A model generated the notes under the pieces. That model searched no databases and was not told the origin of the DNA. It worked only from the letters and a program-made list of their open reading frames with translations. Shown in pieces: positions 9,383 to 17,368 of a stretch of 64,000 nucleotides of DNA. Origin of the DNA: Thermocrinis sp. (GTDB lineage: Bacteria > Aquificota > Aquificia > Aquificales > Aquificaceae); the NCBI GenBank assembly GCA_020833645.1, contig JAJHRQ010000002.1:18280-82279 (forward strand), written 5' to 3'. The position numbers and the translations under genes were made by a program. Positions within the stretch are counted from its first letter, which is position 1. Each line of letters begins with the position of its first letter.

Positions 9383-9993
9383 GAAGATGTCAACTTTTGG
9401 CATCCATAGACTGGGGTGGTTGATGGTTAGGACCTGAAGCAGTTCTGATAAGCTTAGAAATATGAAGGCAAGACAAGTAATAGAAGAAATACTAAGCAAA
9501 GCTTTTAAGCGACATAGGTTTCCCGTAAGCCTAAAAGCAGAAGCTGTGCTCCTCTACTTTAAGGGACTTTCTCTAAGAGCAGTAAGGGAGTTCCTACTTC
9601 ACAAGGGTTATTAGGGAAAGCTCTTCAGGCAATATATACGATTGCTATTTGGGTCTATGTGGATGAAACAAAGGTAAAAGTAAGGGATAGAACTTACTAC
9701 CTGTGGCTTGCGGTGGACGAGAAAGGTTTGCCTGTGTTTGTGCATCTTTCAGGAAGGAGGGACTCTTGGACAGCTAAGTTGGTTCTTTACAACACAAAGG
9801 CAAAGGGATGCACCGCTGACAAGGGACCTTGGTATGTGAGTGCGGTCAAAGGGCTTGCAATGGAATGGCTACATGAGACTTTTGGGAAGAGGAATGAGGT
9901 TTCCTTGGAATGCTAAGTATGAAACCTTCTATAGATGGTTAGCCTCCTTTATTGTCATTTATACCATCATAAACCTAAAAAGTTGACATCCTC
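9383..9993 (+). mobile_element. IS6-family-like non-autonomous element, copy A (~610 bp).
   Basis: Terminal inverted repeats GAAGATGTCAACTTTTGG (left) and CCTAAAAAGTTGACATCCTC (right). Internal ORF pieces match IS6 transposase: MKARQVIEEILSKAFKRHRFPVSLKAEAVLLYFKGLSLRAV then a stop, then VDETKVKVRDRTYYLWLAVDEKG...TADKGPWY. The other copies are at 25360..25906 and 53212..53402. Confidence 0.7.
9463..9916 (+). pseudogene. IS6-family DDE transposase, interrupted by a stop/frameshift and shorter than full length.
   Basis: HTH-like N-terminus ends at TAG near 9610. A DDE-like segment DETKVKV...AVDEKG...DKGPWY follows in another frame. Total is ~150 aa versus ~230 aa for intact IS6 transposases. 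Confidence 0.6.
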
Positions 9994-10038
9994 GTGATAT
10001 ACCTAGTTTTACTGCTATACTTTGCCAAGCTAACCTTT

Positions 10039-10075
10039 CTTAAGGGACTATCTGCGTTTCTATCCCTTCGTCGGT
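10039..10075. repeat. Diverged duplicate of the argB 3' end (att-like remnant), forming the left boundary of the R-M islet.
   Basis: rc of 10040..10075 reads accgacgaagggatagaaacgcagatagtcccttaa = TDEGIETQIVP*. The genuine argB end at 11551..11586 encodes TDEGIGTQIVP*. The two share a 26-bp core, atctgcgtt(t/c)ctatcccttcgtcggt, with synonymous third-position differences outside it. Confidence 0.7.
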
Positions 10076-10092
10076 ATTATAATTAAGCTTAC

Positions 10093-10749
10093 ATGACAAA
10101 TCCTAACCTAAGAAAGACCGTTGAACTATATTCAACGAGGCCCTCTGAAGAGCTTGTTCAGTTTTTGAATGGGCTTTCAAAACCATCCTTGATAGCCCTT
10201 TGTATAGACCTTTTGACCCTTTACTTTAATGACAAAAACTCATCAAGACTTAGAGAATTAACCACTTTGTGGATGTGTGGTTTTCAACCAAACTCGGAGA
10301 AGCTCGGATACAACGGATACAGAATGGATGTGGATGCTGGAAGGAGAGTTGATTGTGAGGTCAAACCTCAAAATACGGATGACCCCAGGAAAAAACTAAA
10401 CGGCGGTGGAAGTTTTAACGACTACACCTTGGAAAGGTTTAGTAGGGATTTGGAAAATAATCCTATAATTTTGGTTAGCGGTTTTGTGGGAGGGAAGCTT
10501 ATATACATCTTTGAGTTTAAGCTTGAGTGCTTAAAGGAAAAGCTTAAAGGTTTGCTTGAACGTAGGTTTCCGGAGGGACAAAGAAGAGAGGGAGAATACT
10601 TACGTTCAGCCGGATTTTCCTTTAGGGATTACAAAGATTGTCCTTCTTTGAAACTTGCCTATTTAAGGGATGATTGGCACAGTTTTAAGGATTACCTCTC
10701 AAGGGACCTTACAAAATACTTTGAGGGACTTAAAAAATGGAAGGTATAG
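10093..10749 (+). CDS. Putative type II restriction endonuclease (PD-(D/E)XK-like).
   Basis: RMDVDAGRRVDCEVKPQ fits a D...(D/E)XK core. The 218-aa ORF overlaps the downstream methyltransferase gene by 13 nt, as in an R-M operon. No wider family recognised. Confidence 0.45.
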   Translation: MTNPNLRKTVELYSTRPSEELVQFLNGLSKPSLIALCIDLLTLYFNDKNSSRLRELTTLWMCGFQPNSEKLGYNGYRMDVDAGRRVDCEVKPQNTDDPRKKLNGGGSFNDYTLERFSRDLENNPIILVSGFVGGKLIYIFEFKLECLKEKLKGLLERRFPEGQRREGEYLRSAGFSFRDYKDCPSLKLAYLRDDWHSFKDYLSRDLTKYFEGLKKWKV

Positions 10750-11549
10750 AAAAGTTTGTTAATCAAGTTATATGTGGTGATGCCCTGGAAGTTTTAAGGA
10801 AAATGCCAGATGAAAGTATAGATTTGGGTATAACCTCTCCACCATACAACAAAAAAGAAAAGTACGGTGGTTGGTTAGTGGATAAAGTCCGATACAAGGG
10901 CTACAGAGATGTTATGCCAGAGGAGGAGTATCAAAGCTGGCAGGTGGAGGTTTTAAATGAACTCTACAGGGTAATGAAAGAAGGAAGCTCTTTTTTCTAC
11001 AATCACAAAGTGCGCTACGAAGACGGAAAAATGATCCATCCCTTACAGTGGCTACTTAAAACCAAGTGGAACGTATGGCAGGAGATCATTTGGAACAGAA
11101 AAATTGCGGGCAACATAAGAGGATGGAGGTTTTGGCAGGTGGAAGAAAGAATTTATTGGCTTGTGAAAGGAAAGCCAAAAGAGTTAAAGCCCAAGCACGC
11201 CAAATTAACATCCATATGGGAGATCCGTCCAGAGCAAGGACATAAAGAACATCCTGCAGTATTTCCCATAGAACTTCCCACACGGATAATAGCAAGCTTG
11301 CTTGAGGAAGAGGATGGAATTGTTATAGACCCTTTCTGTGGAACTGGAACCACCCTTGTAGCCGCTAAGCTTTTGGGAAAGAAATACATAGGTATAGATA
11401 TCTCCGAGGAGTATGTGGAGTATGCAAAAAGAAGGCTTGAGAATGCAGAAAAAGAAAAGGCAAGGGTTTTAAAAGAACTTTCCCTTCACAGTATAGAACT
11501 AACCTTCAAAGAGAGGAAAGAGAGAGGATTTTGGAACAAAAGGGCTTAG
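10737..11549 (+). CDS. DNA methyltransferase, beta class (N4-cytosine or N6-adenine).
   Basis: Motif IV SPPY (ITSPPYNKK) precedes motif I DPFCGTGTT, the beta-class order. The target base cannot be assigned from sequence alone. Confidence 0.75.
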   Translation: MEGIEKFVNQVICGDALEVLRKMPDESIDLGITSPPYNKKEKYGGWLVDKVRYKGYRDVMPEEEYQSWQVEVLNELYRVMKEGSSFFYNHKVRYEDGKMIHPLQWLLKTKWNVWQEIIWNRKIAGNIRGWRFWQVEERIYWLVKGKPKELKPKHAKLTSIWEIRPEQGHKEHPAVFPIELPTRIIASLLEEEDGIVIDPFCGTGTTLVAAKLLGKKYIGIDISEEYVEYAKRRLENAEKEKARVLKELSLHSIELTFKERKERGFWNKRA

Positions 11550-11550
11550 A

Positions 11551-12444
11551 CTACGGAACGATCTGCGTTCCTATCCCTTCGTCGGTGAAAACTTCCAAAA
11601 GTATGGAGTGGGGCACACGCCCGTCTATTATATGCACCTTCTTTACTCCTTCCTTTAAGGCGGACATACAGCTCTTGAGCTTTGGGATCATGCCTCCCTT
11701 TACCACACCCTCGGAGATAAGCCTTGGAATATCACGCGCATGCAAGGTGGATATGAGGGAACCATCTTTGTCCTTTACACCCTCCGTGTCCGTTAAAAAG
11801 ATCACCTTCTCCGCCTTCAGCGCTTGGGCTATCTTTGATGCGCAGAGGTCTGCGTTTATGTTGTAAGCCTGACCACCCTCTCCTACACCTACCGGTGCAA
11901 TAACCGGGATGTAGTTTCTTTCAAGGAGGGTCTGCAGTAGCTCCACATTCACCTCCTCCACTTCTCCCACAAAGCCAAGGTCTTCCTCTGGCACTTCTAA
12001 ACCAAGCTCTTTAAAGTAGCTTTCCTTGTCAAGCTTTTTTGCCCTCAAAAGCTCCCCATCCCTTCCGGAGAGCCCCACCGCGTATATAGGTTTTTTGGTG
12101 TGGGTGTTTATGAGGGCAACTATGTCCTTGTTTATGTTCCCCGAGAGCACCATCTCCACCACATGCATGGTTTCTTCATCCGTCTTTCTAACACCACCCA
12201 CAAAGTGCGCCTTTAGACCGAACTTTTCCAAGGTTTGGCTTATCTGTGGTCCTCCCCCATGGACCACTACCACCTTTATACCCACGTAAGCCAAGAGCAC
12301 CACATCACGGGCAAAGCTGTCCCTTAGTTGTTCGTTTACCATGGCAGAACCGCCATACTTTATGACAAAGACCTTTCCGTAGAATTCCCTAATGTAAGGA
12401 AGCGCAGACTGTAAAATCTTTGCCCTATCCAGCAGTGTTTGCAT
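11551..12444 (-). CDS. argB: Acetylglutamate kinase
   Basis: VIKYGGSAM and VVVHGGGPQI motifs; 297 aa. Confidence 0.85.
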   Translation of the reverse strand: MQTLLDRAKILQSALPYIREFYGKVFVIKYGGSAMVNEQLRDSFARDVVLLAYVGIKVVVVHGGGPQISQTLEKFGLKAHFVGGVRKTDEETMHVVEMVLSGNINKDIVALINTHTKKPIYAVGLSGRDGELLRAKKLDKESYFKELGLEVPEEDLGFVGEVEEVNVELLQTLLERNYIPVIAPVGVGEGGQAYNINADLCASKIAQALKAEKVIFLTDTEGVKDKDGSLISTLHARDIPRLISEGVVKGGMIPKLKSCMSALKEGVKKVHIIDGRVPHSILLEVFTDEGIGTQIVP

Positions 12445-13717
12445 CCTTTACCCTCTCTATGTCTGCACCAAGTTGGTTTAACTTTTCCTCTAAGCCTTCA
12501 TAACCTCTGTCTAAATGGTATATGTCCCTGACTGTGGTTGTTCCCTCTGCAATGAGCCCTGCCAAAACCAAACTGGCGCTTGCCCTCAGGTCTGTGGAAA
12601 AGACCTCCGCCCCGCTCAATCTTTCTACACCGTGCACGATGGCAGTTCTACCCCTAAGGCTTATGTTTGCTCCCATTCTTAGAAGTTCATTTACATGCTG
12701 AAAGCGGTTTTCAAAGATGTTTTCCGTTATGTGGGAGATGCCCTTTGCCACCGTGCACAGTACCATAAACTGGGCTTGCATGTCTGTGGGAAAGCCCGGA
12801 TACTCTGCGGTGGATATTTCTAAAGGTTCTGGTCTTCTGTCCCCACAGACCTTGAGCCTGTCTATGCCCAAGATTTCTACCTTTGCACCCGCCTCCCTTA
12901 ACTTTTCTATCTGGGCACCCATGTGGTCTACCCTAACACCCTCCAAGAGCACCTCTCCACCCGTCAAAAAGCCCGCCACCGCCAAGGTGCCCGCCTCAAT
13001 TCTGTCCGGTATTACCTCGTGCTCAAAGCCCGCCAAATCCTCACTTCCCTTTATAATCATAGTCCTTCCTTCCACCTCTATCTCCACACCCATCTTTCTA
13101 AGAACCTCCACCAGGTCCATCACCTCTGGCTCCAGGGCAACGTTCCTGAGAATGCTTCTCTTTGGACATCTGCTCAAAAACATAAGGGCATTCTCTGTAC
13201 CCGTAACAGTTATAACCTCAAAGGTATACTCCACCGGTTTTATTTTTTGAACCTCCATATGAAGGTAGCCCTCTTTCACGTTTATAACTGCCCCTCCCCT
13301 TTCAAAGACTTTTAGATGCTGGTCAATGAGCCTTGCACCTATGGAACAGCCACCAGGCATGCCTACCACCGCCCGACCAGATCGCGCCAAAAGGGGACCA
13401 GCCACAAGGATAGAAGCCCTCATCCTTCTGACTATATAGTCTGGTGCGAGGTAAGAGTTCAACGCCTGCGCATGGACAAAAGCCTTCCCCTCTTCAAAAT
13501 GCACCTGTGCCCCAAGGGTGTTCAAGAGCTCAAAGGTAGTTTTAACATCCAAAAGATTGGGCACCCTTTTTACAATGCAGGGCTCTTCGGTTAAAAGGCT
13601 TGCTATGAGTATGGGAAGGCTTGCGTTTTTTGAACCGGAGACCTTTACCCTTCCCCTTAGCGGTCTGCCTCCCCTTATCACAAGAAAGTCAGAGCTTAAT
13701 GATGTGATGCTTTTCAT
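12425..13717 (-). CDS. murA: UDP-N-acetylglucosamine 1-carboxyvinyltransferase
   Basis: N-terminus VSGSKNASLPILIASLL; 430 aa; EPSP-synthase-like two-domain layout. Confidence 0.85.
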   Translation of the reverse strand: MKSITSLSSDFLVIRGGRPLRGRVKVSGSKNASLPILIASLLTEEPCIVKRVPNLLDVKTTFELLNTLGAQVHFEEGKAFVHAQALNSYLAPDYIVRRMRASILVAGPLLARSGRAVVGMPGGCSIGARLIDQHLKVFERGGAVINVKEGYLHMEVQKIKPVEYTFEVITVTGTENALMFLSRCPKRSILRNVALEPEVMDLVEVLRKMGVEIEVEGRTMIIKGSEDLAGFEHEVIPDRIEAGTLAVAGFLTGGEVLLEGVRVDHMGAQIEKLREAGAKVEILGIDRLKVCGDRRPEPLEISTAEYPGFPTDMQAQFMVLCTVAKGISHITENIFENRFQHVNELLRMGANISLRGRTAIVHGVERLSGAEVFSTDLRASASLVLAGLIAEGTTTVRDIYHLDRGYEGLEEKLNQLGADIERVKDANTAG

Positions 13718-13862
13718 CTTTCTTGATAACTATTTTAACCACTTCCCAGAGCTTAGAGTAATATATCAAAACGCCGTCGTCCCCCTCCACGTAGTGGTGG
13801 GGCTCCTCCGAGTATATAACGATTATCCTGTCCTCCTCCTCCACAACCTTTGGGTAGTTCAT
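13692..13862 (-). CDS. Small hypothetical ORF (56 aa), translationally coupled between the Lrp-domain gene and murA.
   Basis: MNYPKVVEEEDRIIVIYSEEPHHYVEGDDGVLIYYSKLWEVVKIVIKKDEKHHIIKL. Its ATG overlaps the upstream stop as ATGA, and its 3' end overlaps the murA start. It is below the 60-aa track cutoff. Confidence 0.25.
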
Positions 13863-14176
13863 ATTCTGACCACTACGCAGGTCAAAGCCTCCTTCACCCC
13901 CTCCAAGGAGTGAATTTTGTTTATAACTAATCTTCCCAGCTCGTCCTGATTTTTTACCTCCACAAAGACGATAATGTCGTAAGGACCTGTTACTACATCC
14001 GCGGTTCTGACACCTTCAAAGGTAGAAAGGGCGAGCATTATTGACGGGATCTCTCTTGGGTCTGCCTTTATGAGTATGTACGCCTTTATGGAGTATTCAG
14101 ACTCCAACTCCATCAACTCGGTTATGGACATAGGATAGCTCTCTGGCCTTGTTTCCATCTTCTTTAACCTCCTCAA
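13859..14176 (-). CDS. Stand-alone Lrp/AsnC-type ligand-binding (RAM) domain protein.
   Basis: IKAYILIKADPREIPSIMLALSTFEGVRTADVVTGPYDIIVFVEV is a typical RAM-domain core. The true start is probably an internal Met, since the ORF overlaps the hemA 3' end. Confidence 0.55.
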   Translation of the reverse strand: MRRLKKMETRPESYPMSITELMELESEYSIKAYILIKADPREIPSIMLALSTFEGVRTADVVTGPYDIIVFVEVKNQDELGRLVINKIHSLEGVKEALTCVVVRI

Positions 14177-15341
14177 GGAGTATTTTAATCAACTTTTCAC
14201 TATCTGAAGGATTCCTTTTTATCTCTTCAAGGGCAAGGTGCAAAAATCTCCTAAACTTTGGCTCCCTTTTTTCCACATCCGCCCAATAGTTTTTGATTTT
14301 CACGATCTTTTCCTCTATCGGAAGAAGCTCAAGCCACCGGAAGAACTTTTCCACCTCGTCCCAGACGATGATCTCCCCCTTCTCCTTTTCCTTGAGCCTA
14401 CCCTTTAGGTTCTCTTGGGCTATACCCTTAAGGTCGTCAATGTTATACAGGAAGGCTTGGTCTATGCTTTCTATGTCTGGGTCTGCGTTTCTGGGTACGG
14501 AGATGTCTATGATGAACATAGGGCGATAGTCTCTCTTTTTCATTGCGGTTTCTACCATCTCCTTGGTGAGCACATAGCCCTTTGCACCTGTAGATACAAG
14601 AACTATGTCAAACTTATGAAGATGGTCTGGCAGTTCCTCGTATCTTAGCACGTTGCCCTCCAGCTCCCTTGCCAGTTCCAAAGCCCTCTGGTATGTTCTG
14701 TTGGCAATAAATATGCTTGCCTTTAGCTTTTTAAAGTACTTTGAAGCAAGCTCCGCCATCTCTCCCGCACCTATCAAAAGCACCTGCGCCTTGCTTAGAT
14801 TTCCAAAGATCTGCTTTGCCAACTCTACCGCCACATAGCTAACGGACACTGCGTTCTTGCCTATGCCCGTCTCCGTGCGCACCCTTTTGGCAGTTCTCAG
14901 GGCCTTTTCAAAGACCCGGTTTAGGATCTTTCCAAGTCCTCCACACTCCTTGGCTAACCTAAATGCCTCTTTAAACTGGTGTACTATCTGGCTCTCTCCC
15001 ACCACCATAGAATCAAGACTACTGGCAACTCTGAATATGTGCGCTAAGGCTTCCTTTCCTTCCAAAAAGAAGGAGTAATTTTTATAGCTGGGGCTTACCT
15101 TTTTTAGCTCCAAAAAAGCAGACACCAAAAGGTGCATTTGATGGTAGTCTTCTGCCACTGCGTAGGCTTCCACCCTATTACAGGTGTTTAGAATTACAAG
15201 CTCTTTTACCCCTGAGTAGGATTTTACTGCAGTCAAGATATCGCAAAGTTCCTCCTTACTACAGGCTAAAAGCTCCCTTATTTCCACTGGGGCGGTTTTA
15301 AAGTTGTAGCCCCACGCAAATATGCGATCCATCATATACAA
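14097..15341 (-). CDS. hemA: Glutamyl-tRNA reductase
   Basis: NTCNRVE active-site region and NAD(P)-binding GAGEMAE; 414 aa. Confidence 0.85.
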   Translation of the reverse strand: MYMMDRIFAWGYNFKTAPVEIRELLACSKEELCDILTAVKSYSGVKELVILNTCNRVEAYAVAEDYHQMHLLVSAFLELKKVSPSYKNYSFFLEGKEALAHIFRVASSLDSMVVGESQIVHQFKEAFRLAKECGGLGKILNRVFEKALRTAKRVRTETGIGKNAVSVSYVAVELAKQIFGNLSKAQVLLIGAGEMAELASKYFKKLKASIFIANRTYQRALELARELEGNVLRYEELPDHLHKFDIVLVSTGAKGYVLTKEMVETAMKKRDYRPMFIIDISVPRNADPDIESIDQAFLYNIDDLKGIAQENLKGRLKEKEKGEIIVWDEVEKFFRWLELLPIEEKIVKIKNYWADVEKREPKFRRFLHLALEEIKRNPSDSEKLIKILLEEVKEDGNKARELSYVHNRVDGVGV

Positions 15342-15350
15342 ATATAACTC

Positions 15351-15962
15351 CTACCTGCACTTTTTCAAAAGCTCCAAAAACTCCTTTAACTTTCTCAGTG
15401 CCTTGCCTCTGTGGGAGATAAGGTCCTTTTCCTCTGGAGACAGCTCCGCCATGGTTTTTTCATAGGACTTTGGCTTGAAAATGGGGTCATAGCCAAAGCC
15501 CCCTGAGCCCCTCGGACTGTGCACAATCTCCCCTTCACAGGTGCCTTCGGAAAAGATGCTCAGTCCCTCTTCCAAAACAAGGCACAAGACTGCCTTAAAG
15601 TATGCCCTCCTATCGGAAACATCCTTCATAAGCCTGAGAAGTTTTCTTATGTTTGCTTCATCCTCCGAAGTTTGAACCTCCTCCCTTCCGCCCCAATCTA
15701 TGGAGTAAAACCGACTGGAAAATACACCTGGATAACCCCCAAGGGATGAAACCACAAGCCCTGAATCGTCTGCCAAGGTGGGAATGCGGTATTTTTCAAA
15801 GTATGCCATTGCCTTTATGTATGCGTTTTCCATAAAGGAGTTTCCCTTCTCCTCCACGTTCAACTTTCCCTCTGGCATTATAACTTCCACTCCGAGAGGT
15901 TCTAACATTCGCTTAATTTCTTTGTATTTTCCCAAGTTTTGGGTTGCAAGTAGGATTTTCAT
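15351..15962 (-). CDS. rdgB: Non-canonical purine NTP (dITP/XTP) pyrophosphatase, RdgB/Ham1 family.
   Basis: MKILLATQNLGKYKEIKRML ... SGGFGYDPIFKP family motifs. Confidence 0.8.
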   Translation of the reverse strand: MKILLATQNLGKYKEIKRMLEPLGVEVIMPEGKLNVEEKGNSFMENAYIKAMAYFEKYRIPTLADDSGLVVSSLGGYPGVFSSRFYSIDWGGREEVQTSEDEANIRKLLRLMKDVSDRRAYFKAVLCLVLEEGLSIFSEGTCEGEIVHSPRGSGGFGYDPIFKPKSYEKTMAELSPEEKDLISHRGKALRKLKEFLELLKKCR

Positions 15963-15981
15963 TGAATAAAATATATTATCA

Positions 15982-16054
15982 CGGGGTGTAGCTCAGGTGG
16001 TAGAGCGCTGGCTTTGGGAGCCAGAGGTCGCAGGTTCAAGTCCTGTCGCCCCGA
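15982..16054 (+). tRNA. tRNA-Pro (TGG)
   Basis: Acceptor cggggtg/cgccccg, anticodon stem-loop ctggc-ttTGGga-gccag, T-arm ggttcaagtcc. Confidence 0.8.
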
Positions 16055-16128
16055 GGGCCCGTAGCTCAGCTGGACAGAGCAAGGGATTTCTAATCCCTAG
16101 GTCGGGGGTTCGAGTCCCTCCGGGCCCG
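16055..16128 (+). tRNA. tRNA-Arg (TCT)
   Basis: Acceptor gggcccg/cgggccc, anticodon loop ttTCTaa, T-arm ggttcgagtcc. Starts immediately after tRNA-Pro with no spacer. Confidence 0.8.
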
Positions 16129-16755
16129 CTTGTCTTTATTCATGGCTTTGGCTTTTCCTCAGAGGTCTTTAAAACCTTTCCTGGCATAAAGATAGACCTA
16201 CCCTTTCACGGAACTTCTAAGCTAAAAAGCAAAAGCCTCAGGGCTTTAGCCCAAGAGATCGCCATTAGAATTCCCAACAACTCTACGGTAGTAGGTTGGT
16301 CTATGGGGGGCACCTTAGCCCTACTTTTGGCCATGCTCTTTCCCTCTAAGGTAAAAGCCCTACTTTTAATAGGTGCCACCGCGTGCTTTCCTTGCCTTTG
16401 GGATAAGAAAAACCTAAAGGGCTTTTTGCTAAGGCTCAGAAAGGAAAGGGAGGAGTTTTTAAAGGAGTTCAGAGAGAGGGCATACCCAAAGCCCTTTGAT
16501 GCAAAGGCGGAACTGGATGGAGCCCTTGGGCTTTTGGAGGATTACTTTTCCACGGACCTAAGAAGCTATATCCCTCATATAAATAGACCCATTCTCCTAC
16601 TTCATGGCACAGAGGACCCTATCGTTCCTCTCAGAGGGGCCCTTGAGCTTTACAATCTGAGCAGGAGGGCTAAATTAATAACCTTTGCTGGAGGACACTT
16701 CCCGGAAAATGAAGCTGTTATCTTTGAGGTTCTCGAGGGCCTCAAGTACCTATGA
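16129..16755 (+). CDS. bioH: Alpha/beta hydrolase, BioH-like pimeloyl-ACP methyl ester carboxylesterase. Start codon uncertain.
   Basis: LVFIHGFGFSSEVF and the nucleophile elbow GWSMGG. The ORF frame runs back into tRNA-Arg with no canonical in-frame ATG/GTG/TTG before the HGFG motif. Sits next to bioC. Confidence 0.55.
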   Translation, partial: LVFIHGFGFSSEVFKTFPGIKIDLPFHGTSKLKSKSLRALAQEIAIRIPNNSTVVGWSMGGTLALLLAMLFPSKVKALLLIGATACFPCLWDKKNLKGFLLRLRKEREEFLKEFRERAYPKPFDAKAELDGALGLLEDYFSTDLRSYIPHINRPILLLHGTEDPIVPLRGALELYNLSRRAKLITFAGGHFPENEAVIFEVLEGLKYL

Positions 16756-17368
16756 AGATTGGGCTATTCCCCAAAGACAGAGTGCGGAGATTTTAAAGCG
16801 CTTAGACACAATTGAGGGTTTGGTACTTGATGTGGGCTGTGGCACAGGCTTTTGTAGTGAAGGTTTAGAGAAGGTGATAGGTATTGATATCTCTCAGAGT
16901 ATGCTGAAGGCATACATACAGAAAGGTTTTTTGGGTATTTGCGCTATGGCTGAGGCAATGCCCTTTAAGGACAAGAGCTTTGACTGTGTGATAAGCAACT
17001 TTGCCCTGCACTGGACCTCCATAGACCAGAGCTTTAGGGAAATATTCCGGGTTTGCAGGAAGAAATTTCTATGTGCCATGCCCGTTAAGGGAAGTCTGGA
17101 GCCTTTGAACTTTCCCTTCCTTTCTCCGGAGGATATCCTTGAAAGGCTTTGCCATCTTGGAGGAAAGCTGAGAAAGGTGGAGCTGAGAGAGTTGGAAATT
17201 CCCTTCAAAGGTTGGGACCTTTTAAGGTTCTTTCATTACACGGGTTCCTCTTACAATCCATCAAAAGGAGATATTCTCAGAGCCAAAAAGAGCGTTGAAA
17301 GGCTAATATTTTCCATTGACAAACCTAGCTTTTTGGTGTTATTCTTTTCCTGCGAGGTTCCGCAGTGA
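16709..17368 (+). CDS. bioC: Malonyl-ACP O-methyltransferase, BioC-like.
   Basis: FSRASSTYEDWAIPQRQSAEILKRL matches the BioC N-terminal signature. SAM motif VLDVGCGTGF. Overlaps bioH by ~47 nt. Confidence 0.65.
   Translation: MKLLSLRFSRASSTYEDWAIPQRQSAEILKRLDTIEGLVLDVGCGTGFCSEGLEKVIGIDISQSMLKAYIQKGFLGICAMAEAMPFKDKSFDCVISNFALHWTSIDQSFREIFRVCRKKFLCAMPVKGSLEPLNFPFLSPEDILERLCHLGGKLRKVELRELEIPFKGWDLLRFFHYTGSSYNPSKGDILRAKKSVERLIFSIDKPSFLVLFFSCEVPQ

Noticed and set aside
10018-10050. Possible continuation of TnpB-like copy 2 beyond the IS6-like insert (shared ttgccaagc with window positions 15..30).
   Set aside because: Orientation is wrong for homology (the two copies are inverted relative to each other) and there is no flanking similarity. 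A chance 9-mer.
12717-13315. Plus-strand ORFs of 130-177 aa inside murA; similar antisense ORFs inside htrA (17478..17872), pycB (24127..24522), thrC (35412..36017), ALDH (40577..41202), murE (51822..52203), secretin (56242..56578).
   Set aside because: Antisense shadows of long well-supported genes. Low-complexity S/P/T/R-rich translations with no motifs.
15997-16128. N-terminal 44 codons of track ORF 15997..16755 (MVERWLWEPEVAGSSPVAPRARSSAGQ...).
   Set aside because: Entirely overlaps tRNA-Pro and tRNA-Arg. G/P/A/S-rich translation is typical of reading through tRNA genes. The real protein begins after the tRNAs.
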